A stretch of 64,000 bases of DNA from an uncultured Gemmatimonadaceae bacterium (GCA_963781585.1 CAWAGQ010000011.1:128001-192000), one strand, 5' to 3'; positions 1 through 10,325 are shown, counted from the first letter of the stretch. The notes: generated by a model from the letters alone, not told the origin. Made by a program: numbers and translations.

Positions 1-1396
1 CGCCGTACTGGTTGATCACCGTATCGGCGATCCCGGCGTACTTGGCGCGCCAGAAGGGCGTGGTCACGTCCATCGCCACACAGGGTTGCGGGTCGAAGAC
101 GTTGTAGACCTCCTCGTGAACCTTGCCGTCCTTCCCCTTCACCGCCCATCGCGCGGCGCCTTCCGCCTGATAGCTTGGCGTGTGGATGCACCACAGGCGC
201 TGGTTCATGTACACGATGGCGTGCACCCGACCGGCGTGGGCGTCCTGCAGCGCGCGCTCGAAGGGCGCCACGCCCTCGCGCGGGGGGAGGTAGTCGGGGA
301 AGCTCGTGTCGTACGCGCCGTGGTGCCACCAGTGCCAGTAGATGCTCACGGGCAGCCCGAGGGCGTCGCCTAACGCGAGAGCCGGCGGCACCACTCCCGG
401 CGAGCGCCCTCGGTTCCATACCCACATGCCCGTCTCGCGGAGCCACGACGGCACGACGCCGCGGTTCAGCCGGCTCTGGCGCGCCCAGCGCTGTCGCGTG
501 CCCCATTCCCGATAGATCTCTGCCGCCGTGAGCCAGTCGCCTTCGAACGTCCCTACCAGCGCGGAATACCCGGGTGACCAGCGCTGCCTGGGCCGATTCG
601 GATCGGGGAGTTGTTGTGTGATCTCGTACGACAGGCTTCCCGCGCTGTCCCCCCACAGGGCAAAGCTCTTGCGAAATGCCAACGTGTCGTCGGCGGCGAG
701 GTACAGACCCGCCGCGCCGGGACGATACAGGGCAAGCGCCTGCATGGAGAGCGTGCCGGGGTAGGGCCATTCCTGGCGCCGGCCGGCGCCGTTGCGATCC
801 ACGAACTGTTTCGCCGGGTCGCGGGAGAGTTGCCCCATCCATCGGGGGACCGCCAACGCCTCGCCGCTTCCGAGAGGCAGGATTCCTGTCACCCGGGGGA
901 AGCGCACCTCGTCGATGCCAAGGGCACCCAGTCCCTCGACCACGATGTTCCACGCGCTGAACGGCGTATTCCCGCGCGCGCTGACGGTGACCGTCACGTG
1001 CAACCCGGGAGCCGCGACCAACCCGAAGTCCCCCCACTCCAGGCGCAGGGCCGCCTCGCTGCCCTCCGGACGGCTCCAGGTGAATCGCTTCGCGTCGTCG
1101 GGTGCAACCACCGCCGCGCCGCCAACCTGAGACAGGTTCAAGAGCCAGGGCTCACCCCTGGACGACGGCCCCCCCACGAAGGAATGCCCCGTCCGGATGT
1201 CCACCAGCTCAGTCAGCCTCCCATCCGCCGCGTCGAAGCCGACGCGGATGCGACCGTTCTGTACTCGGATGGTGTCGGCCGCGGCGTACGCCATCGCAGA
1301 CGCGACCGGGACCGCGGACGCCGGAATGGAGAAGGAGGAGAAGAAAAAGACGGCGGCCAGGAACGTTCCGGCCGAGGCGCGGCGAGTCCCGTTCAC
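1..1396 (-). CDS. Secreted DUF6259-like glycoside-hydrolase-fold protein (3' end runs off the window)
   Basis: Not in the ORF track because it has no stop in the window. Manual translation from GTG at 1396 gives an open frame with a signal-like N-terminus and the motifs FEGDWLTAAEIYREW, YWHWWHHGAYDTSFPDYLPPREG and VYMNQRLW. Lies downstream of susC/susD. Confidence 0.7.
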   Translation of the reverse strand, partial: MNGTRRASAGTFLAAVFFFSSFSIPASAVPVASAMAYAAADTIRVQNGRIRVGFDAADGRLTELVDIRTGHSFVGGPSSRGEPWLLNLSQVGGAAVVAPDDAKRFTWSRPEGSEAALRLEWGDFGLVAAPGLHVTVTVSARGNTPFSAWNIVVEGLGALGIDEVRFPRVTGILPLGSGEALAVPRWMGQLSRDPAKQFVDRNGAGRRQEWPYPGTLSMQALALYRPGAAGLYLAADDTLAFRKSFALWGDSAGSLSYEITQQLPDPNRPRQRWSPGYSALVGTFEGDWLTAAEIYREWGTRQRWARQSRLNRGVVPSWLRETGMWVWNRGRSPGVVPPALALGDALGLPVSIYWHWWHHGAYDTSFPDYLPPREGVAPFERALQDAHAGRVHAIVYMNQRLWCIHTPSYQAEGAARWAVKGKDGKVHEEVYNVFDPQPCVAMDVTTPFWRAKYAGIADTVINQYG

Positions 1397-1487
1397 ATAC
1401 GTGTTTCCGCGAGACGGCCGGGGGATCGCGGGCTCGTGCGCTGTCGGCGCACGAACCTCGATCCCCCGGCCGGTGATTCCCGCCAGC

Positions 1488-2774
1488 TCACTTGGAGTAG
1501 AACGGATTCGTTGCCTTCTCGCTCAACGGCACGATGAAGCATTCGGCGCCGCTGTAGACCTCGTTGGTGACTGGGTACTTCCCGGTGGGGAAGAGATCGA
1601 TCCCGAGCGTGGCCTTGTACCGCCTCAGGTCGCCCAGGCGCTGACCGGTGAGGTAGAAATCCAGGCTCCTCTGGGTCCGCAACTCGGTCATCAGGTCGTC
1701 CCCCGTTAGGCTCACGGGTGCTTCCCCGCCCACGGCACGTCGATCGTTGACGAACGCCAGTGTAGCGGCCGTGGGCCCCTGGGCCTCCGCCACCACGTAC
1801 TGCGCCTCCAGTCCCGTGGCGAATGCGATGTTCGTGGTGGTCAGGATCTTGTTGTTCACCGTGGTCGCCGACCAGCCGGTGTACATGTAGGGAGTCTGCG
1901 GTGGCACGATGGGGTTGGAGTTGAGCCCTCGCAGGGTCGTCAGCGTCGTCATCGGAGCGCGCGGATCGGCCAGGGCGAGGAAGTGGGGGCCCATGCTCAG
2001 CCAGGCGCCGGACACGCCTGCCGGCACATTCATGATGTTGTTCTCGCGTACCGAGTTGGCCGAGTAGTAGATCAACTGCTGGTAGGCCGCGGGAACCTGC
2101 GACGCGTACGTCAGCGCGGCTGTCTTGTCACCTCTCTTGAGCGAAGCCCGGGCGGCCCCCACTCGCGCCATGTTGATGATGTCGGTTGCCCCAGCGCTCG
2201 AACCCGAAGCGGTGGCGGTGGAGATAGCCTGGTCGAACATCGAGACAGCCTTCTGGAGCAGCTCGTCGGACGAAATCGGGGCGCTCAGATCGACCGGCGA
2301 CTCGCAGAAGCCTTCGCCAAGAAGGGTGTAGGCGTATCCGCCGTAGGCGAGCACCGTTGCCATGTTGAGACTCGATGAGCTGGAGTCGCCCAGCATCGCC
2401 TTGAGCCGCACCACCGCGTCCTCCGCGGACTGGCGCGCCCGGTGGAGGTTCGCGTACACAGATGCGTCGACGTCGTTGCTCTCGAGGATGTTGTGCAGCG
2501 ACAGCTCGCGGACGCCGACGTTCGTGTGGTCCGTGAAGGTCTCGTCGGAGAGTATGCCCGAATAGAGAGCGTAGTAGCCGTAGGCGTACTGGAACTCCCC
2601 GATGACGCCGTTGACGACGAGCTGCTTGAGGGCGGGGTCGGTGAGTTGGCCCTCGCTGATGAAACGGGGATTGGTCACGTCCAGCAGGCTGCCGCACCCT
2701 GCCAGGGCCATCCCCATGAGGAGCGCAAGTGCCGTCGCCGGAAGGCGCAGGCGGCGCGAAGTGGTCACGTTCAT
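1488..2774 (-). CDS. RagB/SusD-like nutrient-binding lipoprotein
   Basis: Start MNVTTSRR, lipobox LAGC, GFCES motif, C-terminal GQRLGDLRR...IVPLSE..NP. Directly downstream of a SusC-like gene. Confidence 0.88.
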   Translation of the reverse strand: MNVTTSRRLRLPATALALLMGMALAGCGSLLDVTNPRFISEGQLTDPALKQLVVNGVIGEFQYAYGYYALYSGILSDETFTDHTNVGVRELSLHNILESNDVDASVYANLHRARQSAEDAVVRLKAMLGDSSSSSLNMATVLAYGGYAYTLLGEGFCESPVDLSAPISSDELLQKAVSMFDQAISTATASGSSAGATDIINMARVGAARASLKRGDKTAALTYASQVPAAYQQLIYYSANSVRENNIMNVPAGVSGAWLSMGPHFLALADPRAPMTTLTTLRGLNSNPIVPPQTPYMYTGWSATTVNNKILTTTNIAFATGLEAQYVVAEAQGPTAATLAFVNDRRAVGGEAPVSLTGDDLMTELRTQRSLDFYLTGQRLGDLRRYKATLGIDLFPTGKYPVTNEVYSGAECFIVPLSEKATNPFYSK

Positions 2775-2806
2775 GGTCGCCTCTCTGTAAGCCAGCCGGG
2801 TAGCCA

Positions 2807-5800
2807 TCAGAAGGACACCGTCATCGAGGCGGAGAACCGCCGGGACTGCGGCACCGTCCACGAATCGTTGCGGTTGAATGTCGATTCACCGTGGAAGTTC
2901 ACTTCGGGGTCGGCTCCTCCGTACTTCGTCCAGATCTTCAGGTTATGGCCGGAGAGTGTGAGCGTGGAGCGGGCCACACCGATCCGGCGTGTGACGGAGG
3001 CCGGAAGGTCGTAGCTCACGGACAGGTCGCGCAGCTTGATGAAGTCCGCTTTCTGGATGTGCAGGAACGTCTGCGATGCGAACTGGCGCACCAGCACCTC
3101 GTCGGGGTCGGCCGCCGGGTTCACCGTCGCCCACGACACGCCCGACCGGTCGCGCCGCCAGTCCTTCACGTTGAACTGATAGTGTCCGCCCTTGTAGTCG
3201 AGCAGCCCGTACAGCCGGATCTTGTCGAAGAAAGTGAACGTGTTCGAGAGCGCGATTTCCCGGGTCGGGATCGACGGTCCCATATAGAGGGACGAGTCCT
3301 CGAGAATGGGGCGACCCTGCGCGTTCTTGATGAGCTTCCCGCTGGCGTCGTACTGGACCTTCTGCGCCCAGAACCCGGCCAGTGGATACCCCACCTGGTA
3401 CCGCTCGACGGGAGCGTACGCGCCGAACACGATGGGGGCGCGATTATCCCCGAACGAGAGCAGCTCGTTGTGGTTGGTGGCGAGGCTGAGCGTGGTCGCG
3501 ATGGTGAGGAAGGAGCTTCGGAGCGGAGTGCCGTTGACCAGCAGCTCGATGCCACTGTTCGCGATGGTCCCCAGGTTCTGGAGCTGAGTGCCGGTAAAGC
3601 CGGTGGAGGGAGCCACGTCTACGGGAAGCAGCGCGTCCCTCGTGCGGCTGTTGTAGTAGCTGGCGTCCAGTCCCAGGCGACCTTTGAAGAGACCGGCTTC
3701 GAATCCGACCTCGATCTCCGAGGCGCGCTCGGGTTTCAGGTCGGTGTTGCCCACCGAGTTGTACCGCAGGGCCGAAGCCGTGGAGCTTGGCCCCGTCTCC
3801 ACGGACGTCGTGTAGCTGCGAACGGCGTCGAAGGGGCCGGGTGAGTTGCCTGCCTGACCCCACGCGGCGCGCAGTCGGAGCTGGTCCACGCTCGGGATGT
3901 GGAAGTAGCTCTCGTCCGAGATGACCCACGAGGCCGAAACCTTGGGGTAGAACACCCGGTTCAGCTTGGAGCCGAACGCGGAGTTGTTGTCCATGCGGAG
4001 CGCAGTCGTCACGAACAGCCGGTCGTGCCAACCCAGCTGTTCCTGGGCGTAGAGGCCCAGCGACTTCTGCTCCGAAAAGCTCTCGTTGCCCCAGGTGACG
4101 GCGGCCGAGGCGATGGAGCGGATGCCGGCGGCGCCAAGGTCCTGCCCAAACGCCTGCGTGTTCTGGTTGCTGTTCTTCAAGAACTGCATGCCCACCGAGG
4201 TGTTGGACACCAGGTTGGTGTTGATCTGGCGCGTCGCCTTGCCGGTCCAGTCTACCGTCAGATTCTTGTTGAACGGGCGTCCCTCGGCGATCAGCCCCTT
4301 GGTGTTGTCGACGTCGAAGCTGGCCCGGGCGGTGAACGGGTTGGTGCCCGCCGGTGCCGGAGGGAAGTAGACCTCGGCCTGACCGGCGTCGAGGTCGTAT
4401 CCCACGACGAGCTTGCTGCTCAGCCAGTCCGTGAACTTGTACTCGGTTGTCCCGCCAAGGATGTATCGGTCCGAGCGCGTGATGTTCTCGTACGTGTTGA
4501 ACACCGAGGGCTCGATGGTGAAGTAGTTGAGCCCTGCGGGGAACGGGTACTTGCGCCCCGGGGTCGCGAGGTACGAGCTGATGATCAGCCCGGTGGCGAT
4601 GTTGTCGCTCAGGGGGAGCCGCACCGTGTTGATGCTGTAGCCGACGTCGGTCGAGAATGTGAGCTTCGGCGTGGGACGGAACTGGAAGTTGCCGCGCAGC
4701 GACGTCCGGTTCGAGTAGTTGTTGAAGTAGCTTCCATCCTCTGCGTCCCGACCGCCGGAGACATAGAACGAATGGTTCTCCGCGCCCCCGCGAGCGCTCA
4801 GGTAGTACTTGGTGAGTTGGCCGGTGCGGAGGGCATCCGACTCGTTCATGACCCGGTGCGAGATGATGTCGCCCTCTTTGAGGCCCTGGTAACCGGGATA
4901 GTTCGTCGGGTCCGCGATGCGGGCGGCGGTAGCCACCCCGTAGTTGATGGGTCGGAGGTTGTCCGGCCAGTCATTGCCGCCGAACTCCCCGCTGGCGTCC
5001 CATTGCACCGCGCCGGCGCGGCCTTTCTTGGTGATGATCTGAATTACGCCTGACGCGGCCTCGGCGCCGTACAGCGTGGCCGCCGCCGGGCCCTTGATAA
5101 CCTCGATGGACTCGATGTCGGCCGGGTTGATGGCGTCCAGGGCGGAGGTGTTCTGTCCGAACACGTTGAAGTTGCCCGAGCTGTCGGAGTAGATCCGCAC
5201 GCCGTCGACGTAGATCGTGGGCTTCGTGTTGGCGTACACCGACGACGCGCCGCGGAGACGGAAGTCGGCCCCGGTGCCAGCCTCACCGGAGCCCGGCATG
5301 ATGGTGAGCCCTGGCGTCTTCGCCTGCAGTACCTCGGTGATGTTGGCGGCCGGAGCCTGCTCGAGCACCTGGGGTGCGCTCAACGACGTGACCGCGTTGC
5401 CAATGACCTTCCTTCTGGTATCTCCGGTCGCCCCGGTGACCACGACGGCGTCCAGTGAAATGGCGCTGGGGTTCATTCTCAGCTCGACGCTGGCCCGCGC
5501 GCCGGCCTGCACAGACACCGTAGCACTGGCCGTCTGGTACCCGATGCGAATGGCCCGAACCACGTGGGTGCCCACGGACACGCTCGCGATGGTAAAACGT
5601 CCGTCGGCATCTACGACCACTGCCAGGGACGTTCCCACGATGACGACCTGCGCCGCGGCGACCGGAATGCCCTTCTGCGCGTCGAGGACACGCCCGGTCA
5701 CAGTGCCCGTCTGGGCTGCGACGGGCTGCGCTGCTGCGAGTCCCAGTGCAACAGCAAGGCTGAGCAGCAGACGGCGCCTCATCCGCGGACCTGCTCCATC

Positions 5801-5818
5801 CGACCCTGAATTCAACAT
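2807..5818 (-). CDS. SusC/RagA-like TonB-dependent receptor
   Basis: Signal peptide, N-terminal beta-sandwich (GTVTGRVLD), plug motif DIESIEVIKGPAAATLYG...GVIQIITKKG, NTDLKPE, terminal Phe. Start is 5818 or 5782. Confidence 0.93.
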   Translation of the reverse strand: MLNSGSDGAGPRMRRRLLLSLAVALGLAAAQPVAAQTGTVTGRVLDAQKGIPVAAAQVVIVGTSLAVVVDADGRFTIASVSVGTHVVRAIRIGYQTASATVSVQAGARASVELRMNPSAISLDAVVVTGATGDTRRKVIGNAVTSLSAPQVLEQAPAANITEVLQAKTPGLTIMPGSGEAGTGADFRLRGASSVYANTKPTIYVDGVRIYSDSSGNFNVFGQNTSALDAINPADIESIEVIKGPAAATLYGAEAASGVIQIITKKGRAGAVQWDASGEFGGNDWPDNLRPINYGVATAARIADPTNYPGYQGLKEGDIISHRVMNESDALRTGQLTKYYLSARGGAENHSFYVSGGRDAEDGSYFNNYSNRTSLRGNFQFRPTPKLTFSTDVGYSINTVRLPLSDNIATGLIISSYLATPGRKYPFPAGLNYFTIEPSVFNTYENITRSDRYILGGTTEYKFTDWLSSKLVVGYDLDAGQAEVYFPPAPAGTNPFTARASFDVDNTKGLIAEGRPFNKNLTVDWTGKATRQINTNLVSNTSVGMQFLKNSNQNTQAFGQDLGAAGIRSIASAAVTWGNESFSEQKSLGLYAQEQLGWHDRLFVTTALRMDNNSAFGSKLNRVFYPKVSASWVISDESYFHIPSVDQLRLRAAWGQAGNSPGPFDAVRSYTTSVETGPSSTASALRYNSVGNTDLKPERASEIEVGFEAGLFKGRLGLDASYYNSRTRDALLPVDVAPSTGFTGTQLQNLGTIANSGIELLVNGTPLRSSFLTIATTLSLATNHNELLSFGDNRAPIVFGAYAPVERYQVGYPLAGFWAQKVQYDASGKLIKNAQGRPILEDSSLYMGPSIPTREIALSNTFTFFDKIRLYGLLDYKGGHYQFNVKDWRRDRSGVSWATVNPAADPDEVLVRQFASQTFLHIQKADFIKLRDLSVSYDLPASVTRRIGVARSTLTLSGHNLKIWTKYGGADPEVNFHGESTFNRNDSWTVPQSRRFSASMTVSF

Positions 5819-6053
5819 ATCGCGCCTTCCTGCGAAGAATGTGAAATCGACGAGGCCAAACGCCACGTAGATACGTTCCGCGAATCGAAGTTGCAACGGT
5901 CGACGATCGGCCGCGACACAAGCCTGGCGCCGAAAAGATGTGGCAGCGAGACAGACACATGCCAGCTGGACGCGACGACCCGGGTCCGCCGCCGCCGACC
6001 GCGCTATCTTCCCGTCGCGAATGAGGAGCCGACCACCTGGGGAGGGCGCGTCC

Positions 6054-7061
6054 ATGGATATGATGGTTCTCCTGGTCACGGCAGGAATCGCCTTCACGGG
6101 ACCGCATGGTGACGCGCGTGGTTCCCGATGGTGGGGCGTTCGCGGCCACGAGATGGCCGCCCGGGCCGCACTCGCGGCGCTTCCCGTCGAGATGCCGTCG
6201 TTCTTCAGAAATGCGGCCGACCAACTCGTCTATCTCGACCCCGAGCCCGACCGTTGGCGAGTTCGCGAGCTCGCGGCCATGGATGGAGCGTTCGCCCTCG
6301 ATCACTTCATATGGATGGAGAACGTCCCGCCGGGAGCCCTGGACGCCCCCGACCGATTCGCGTTCATACAGGCCCTGTACGGTGCCGGCATTGCCGACGG
6401 CCCGAACAACGTGGGCCTTCTCCCGTACCGGATGCTCGAGCTCTACCAGCGGTTGGTCGCGGAATGGCGGCTGTGGCGTCAGGAGCCCGACGCCCGCCGG
6501 CGGGAGTGGATCGAGCAGCGCATTGTGAACGACGCCGGGATCCTGGGCCACTACGTCACCGACGCGTCCAACCCCCACCACGCGTCCGCCAACCACGCTG
6601 GCTGGGCTGCTACCATCCCCAATCCCGGAGGCTACACCACCGACCCGGGCTTTCACAGCCGCTTCGAGCGCGACTTCGTGGACTCGTTCGTTAGGCAGGT
6701 GGACGTGACGTCGCGGGTGCGCGGTGAGCCGCGCTCGGTGGCGGGGAAGGCCTGGCAGGCGATCCTCGACGAAATCCGGGAATCGCACGCCCAGGTGGAG
6801 ACGCTGTTCCGCCTCGACCGCGACGTCGGCTTCGACCCCCACGGGCCCCTCCACGCCGCCACGCGAGACTTCGCCGCCGAGCGACTCGCCGCCGGCGCCG
6901 ACGCGCTCCGGGTGCTGTGGTGGTCGGCCTGGCTGGAGAGCGTGAAATCCCAGGCCCCGCTCAGGATCCCGGGGCGATCTCCAGGTCTGCTACCAGCGGC
7001 CGGTGATCCGACGCTTGCGTCGCCACGACGCGAGCCGACCGGACGCGGATCCCGCCCGTGA
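6054..7061 (+). CDS. S1/P1 nuclease / Zn-phospholipase C-like protein
   Basis: WGVRGH N-terminal Zn motif after a signal-like segment, then PEPDRWR, GHYVTDASNPHH and FHSRFE. The 3' end overlaps the convergent gene by about 100 nt. Confidence 0.8.
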   Translation: MDMMVLLVTAGIAFTGPHGDARGSRWWGVRGHEMAARAALAALPVEMPSFFRNAADQLVYLDPEPDRWRVRELAAMDGAFALDHFIWMENVPPGALDAPDRFAFIQALYGAGIADGPNNVGLLPYRMLELYQRLVAEWRLWRQEPDARRREWIEQRIVNDAGILGHYVTDASNPHHASANHAGWAATIPNPGGYTTDPGFHSRFERDFVDSFVRQVDVTSRVRGEPRSVAGKAWQAILDEIRESHAQVETLFRLDRDVGFDPHGPLHAATRDFAAERLAAGADALRVLWWSAWLESVKSQAPLRIPGRSPGLLPAAGDPTLASPRREPTGRGSRP

Positions 7062-7806
7062 AGAGCACGTAGTCGATGCGCTCCGCCGGTGCCGACGCCG
7101 GGTACGTAAAGCCCGGGCCGGAGCCCGCCGTCCACGCATCAGTCAGGGTCTGGAAGAGTGGCGCGAGTTCGCCGGCCTCGGGCGATGCGTTCATGTCGCC
7201 GACCAGGATCGCGGGGCCTCCGACCTTGCCGATGATCCCTAACATCTCGGCGACCTGCGTTTGGCGAACGGCCGGGTCGCGACGGTAGTCGAGGTGCGTG
7301 TCGAAGACGTCGACGTGGCTACCGCCCACGTCGAGGGTGACCTGGAGGAAGCCCGGCATGATCTGGGGCGGCAGGTCGGCCTGGGTCGACAGCCGCGTGA
7401 TCTCGTGATTCTCGGAACGGACGATGGGTCTCCGGCTCAGAATGGCCACCCCGAACTCGCGAGCGGGCGCGCCGGGCGACAGCGCCGGCAGCTCGTAAAT
7501 GGGCCCGAAGCGCACCTGCATGCCGCACGCTCGCGCAAGCGAGTCGGCCTCGTCCACGAAGCTGCTCCGGTCGGCCCAGTGCACGTCGACTTCCTGGAGG
7601 CCTACGATGTCGGGCGCTGCCTCCCGGATGGTAGCGGCCACGTTGGTCAGCCCCTCCTGACCACCGTGGATGTTGAAGGTCATCACGCGCAGGGGCACAC
7701 CGGCCTGCGCACCGAGCTGCGGCTGGCACACCGCGAGCGCGGCGATGGCCTGAAGAGCGATGCGGGCGACGGAAGACCGGAGGGTCTTCAAGGGATTGGC
7801 CCTCAC
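6961..7806 (-). CDS. Secreted endonuclease/exonuclease/phosphatase (EEP) family protein
   Basis: Motifs MTFNI, GLQEVD, THLD, GDMN, RIDY, SDHRP. GTG start overlaps the namZ stop (GTGA). Confidence 0.9.
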   Translation of the reverse strand: MRANPLKTLRSSVARIALQAIAALAVCQPQLGAQAGVPLRVMTFNIHGGQEGLTNVAATIREAAPDIVGLQEVDVHWADRSSFVDEADSLARACGMQVRFGPIYELPALSPGAPAREFGVAILSRRPIVRSENHEITRLSTQADLPPQIMPGFLQVTLDVGGSHVDVFDTHLDYRRDPAVRQTQVAEMLGIIGKVGGPAILVGDMNASPEAGELAPLFQTLTDAWTAGSGPGFTYPASAPAERIDYVLFTGGIRVRSARVVATQASDHRPLVADLEIAPGS

Positions 7807-9074
7807 GGATACAACAGGTACGGAGCGCGAAGCTCGCGGAAGCGCTGCGCGTCCCGGTCCCACTCGGCCAGAAGAGCGGGCAGCGTGCCGTTTTCGATGG
7901 CATGGCGCAGCCGGTCAGTTCCGGCGAGCCGGTCCAGGGAGTAAGTCGTCTGGCCGTCCTGACCCGTGCTGCTCGTCCAGGCGAAGTCGTTCGGATGGAG
8001 GCGTCGCACCATGTCGATGAGGAGCATCGTGGTCGCGATGGGCCGGTAGCTTGAGCGGTCCGTGGCAACGAGACGGACACCATGGACCCGCTGACCTCCG
8101 TATTTCCGGGCGTCGGGCCGGATGTCGTAGTCCACTGCATCGAAGCGGACGCCGGCGAGCCTCAGCGCGTTCATCGAGTCCGCCACCTCTTCTGCCCGCA
8201 GCCAGGGGGCTCCCACCTGCTCGAAGGGCTTCTCGGTTCCGCGTCCCTCCGACAGGTTCGTGCCCTCGATGAAAACCGTTCCCGGATAGTGCAGGGTGCC
8301 TTCGAAGTTGGGCAAGTTCGGAGACGGCCCCTTCCAGGGGAGGTCGGTGCCGTCCATCCACAGGTCCCGTCTCCAACCGGTCATCCTCACCACCGTCAGC
8401 TCCGCGTGGATGCCGAAATGGTCGTTGTAGAATCCGGCCAGTTCCCCGGCGGTCATGCCGTGTCTGGACGCGATCGGGTAGAGTCCAACGAACGATGAGA
8501 AGGCCGGGTCGAGGATGTTGCCCTCGACGAGCGTTCCGGTGATCGGGTCGGGACGGTCGAGGACGACGAACGGGATCCCCTTCTCGGCCGCGGCCTGCAT
8601 GGCCAGCGCCATGGTCGACAGGAACGTGTACTGGCGGACTCCGACGTCCTGGATGTCGAAGACCAGCGCGTCGACGCCCCGTAGCTGCTCTGGTGTGGGC
8701 TTGCGCGTCTGCCCGAACAGCGAGTGCACCGGCAGTCCCGTCTCCTGATCGACCTCGTCGCCCACGCGGCCGGTCGCGACGCCCCGGATCCCGTGCTCGG
8801 GGGCGTAGAGGGCCACGAGCGTGAGATCGGATCGTTTCGCGAGGATGTCGATCGTGCTGGTGCCGTGGCGGTCGCGGCCGGTGTGGTTGGTGATCAGGCC
8901 CACGCGCTTGCCCACGAGGACAGCGGGCATCGAGTCGGCGAGCCTGTCCACACCCAGGAGGACGTGCGCCTGTGCCTGAGCCGGCGCCGCGGCTGAGGCG
9001 AGCGCCACCGAAGCCGTGAGGAGACCATGCAGGAGCCACGAGGTCCTTCCCCGGATCGTCGCATGCGAGAACAT
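7803..9074 (-). CDS. namZ: Exo-beta-N-acetylmuramidase (DUF1343 family)
   Basis: Motifs RVGLITNHTG, APEHGIRG, FDIQDVGVR, LDRPDP, RHGMTAGE, SEGRGT..PFEQVGAPW and terminal YLLY. Confidence 0.88.
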   Translation of the reverse strand: MFSHATIRGRTSWLLHGLLTASVALASAAAPAQAQAHVLLGVDRLADSMPAVLVGKRVGLITNHTGRDRHGTSTIDILAKRSDLTLVALYAPEHGIRGVATGRVGDEVDQETGLPVHSLFGQTRKPTPEQLRGVDALVFDIQDVGVRQYTFLSTMALAMQAAAEKGIPFVVLDRPDPITGTLVEGNILDPAFSSFVGLYPIASRHGMTAGELAGFYNDHFGIHAELTVVRMTGWRRDLWMDGTDLPWKGPSPNLPNFEGTLHYPGTVFIEGTNLSEGRGTEKPFEQVGAPWLRAEEVADSMNALRLAGVRFDAVDYDIRPDARKYGGQRVHGVRLVATDRSSYRPIATTMLLIDMVRRLHPNDFAWTSSTGQDGQTTYSLDRLAGTDRLRHAIENGTLPALLAEWDRDAQRFRELRAPYLLYP

Positions 9075-9199
9075 GACGACATGCCCTCTCGAGTCAGGCG
9101 GCCTGCACACGGAGCGGAGCAGACGCACCGCGAGTCCGACGGCAGGCCGGTCGGTTTGAATCAGCGTCGACCCAATATGGGCGTTCAGGCAGGAGACCG

Positions 9200-9293
9200 G
9201 ACAGTGTACGCGCGATCGACGCGCGTTTCATCGGGGCAGCATTCCAGACAGTGTACGCGCGATCGACGCGCGTTTCATCGGGGCAGCATTCCA
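9200..9293. repeat. Perfect 47-bp tandem duplication containing an internal palindrome
   Basis: GACAGTGTACGCGCGATCGACGCGCGTTTCATCGGGGCAGCATTCCA occurs at 9200 and 9247. Each copy has the inverted arms ACGCGCG/CGCGCGT. Confidence 0.95.
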
Positions 9294-9322
9294 GCGGCCG
9301 GTACGCCGGGTCCGTCAGGCCC

Positions 9323-9790
9323 TCACAGGCATCTGAACACCTGCCCGGACGCATCGCGTCTCAGGTCGAACGTCCCCACGACCTCGTTGGTCTCGGTCAG
9401 TGTCACGGTGAGTGACAGCCGGTCGCCGGAAACGAAACCGTCGTAGCGCGCCGGGAGCTTCGGCGGAACCTCGCCCTCCATGACAGGTCCACCATGCCCG
9501 GGCGAATGCGTGCCCAGAGCGCTCACGTGCCCGCCCTCGTCGGGTACCAACGGCGCGTCGATGGTCCCGCTGGCGCAGTCGTACTCGAGTGTCCCTCCGG
9601 ACTCGTTCAGCTGCGCCAGCAGGTGGACGCCGCCCCACGTGCCAGTGAGCGGGACGCCAGGCGCGGTGACGAACGTGCCGCAGGCCGCCGCGATGCCCAA
9701 CGCCACGATGGCGCACCCCCGGCGCAGGGCCGCCGCGAGGAGACCCGGGTGTCCGGTCGATGAGCCTAACGCGATGACGGATACAACGCA
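9323..9790 (-). CDS. Hypothetical lipoprotein (start uncertain)
   Basis: Hydrophobic stretch ending IAAAC, then GTWGG, EYDCASGTI and terminal FRCL. No clear in-frame start codon was found. Confidence 0.6.
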   Translation of the reverse strand, partial: CVVSVIALGSSTGHPGLLAAALRRGCAIVALGIAAACGTFVTAPGVPLTGTWGGVHLLAQLNESGGTLEYDCASGTIDAPLVPDEGGHVSALGTHSPGHGGPVMEGEVPPKLPARYDGFVSGDRLSLTVTLTETNEVVGTFDLRRDASGQVFRCL

Positions 9791-9827
9791 TCGGTGACCG
9801 CCCGGTGCCAGCGCGCGCGCCCTCGGC

Positions 9828-10325
9828 TCAGAGCGCCTTCCGGACCGCCGCGTCGATGTCCTGGTCGGCGCCCACGCCGGTATACACCACCTTGCCAGCG
9901 GCGTCGATGACGACGATGTACGAAGTGGCCGGTGCCTCATAGTTGCCTGCCGCGTTGCCGTCCCGGTCCCAGACGATGTCCTGCTTCATCCCGTGCGCGT
10001 CCCTGTAGGCTTTGACACGCTCGACCGTCTGGTTCACTGACACAGCCACCGCCACGAATTTCACCTTTCCGGCATACTTCCCGATGGCGGCCTTCATCCG
10101 CGGCTCCAGCGCCCGGCAGTTGGGGCACCACGTCGCCCAGAACTCCAGCAGCACCGGTCCCTTCCCGATGTACTGGGACAAGTCGGCGGGCTGACCGTCG
10201 AGCGTCTCGACCGCGGCGGCCGGCGCCACGGAACCCACCGCAATCCCCGACTCCTGACTCCACGCCGTGGCCGGGATGCCGGCCGCGAGCGCGATCAACG
10301 CCACCTTCACCAGGCTCGATGTCAT
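9828..10325 (-). CDS. TlpA/ResA-family thiol-disulfide oxidoreductase
   Basis: Signal peptide, LLEFWATWCPNC, APAT cis-Pro loop. Start overlaps the ccdA stop. Confidence 0.9.
   Translation of the reverse strand: MTSSLVKVALIALAAGIPATAWSQESGIAVGSVAPAAAVETLDGQPADLSQYIGKGPVLLEFWATWCPNCRALEPRMKAAIGKYAGKVKFVAVAVSVNQTVERVKAYRDAHGMKQDIVWDRDGNAAGNYEAPATSYIVVIDAAGKVVYTGVGADQDIDAAVRKAL

Noticed and set aside
6961..7061. Functional overlap of convergent nuclease and EEP genes
   Set aside because: The conserved-looking nuclease sequence ends near WLES; the tail is most simply stop-codon drift.
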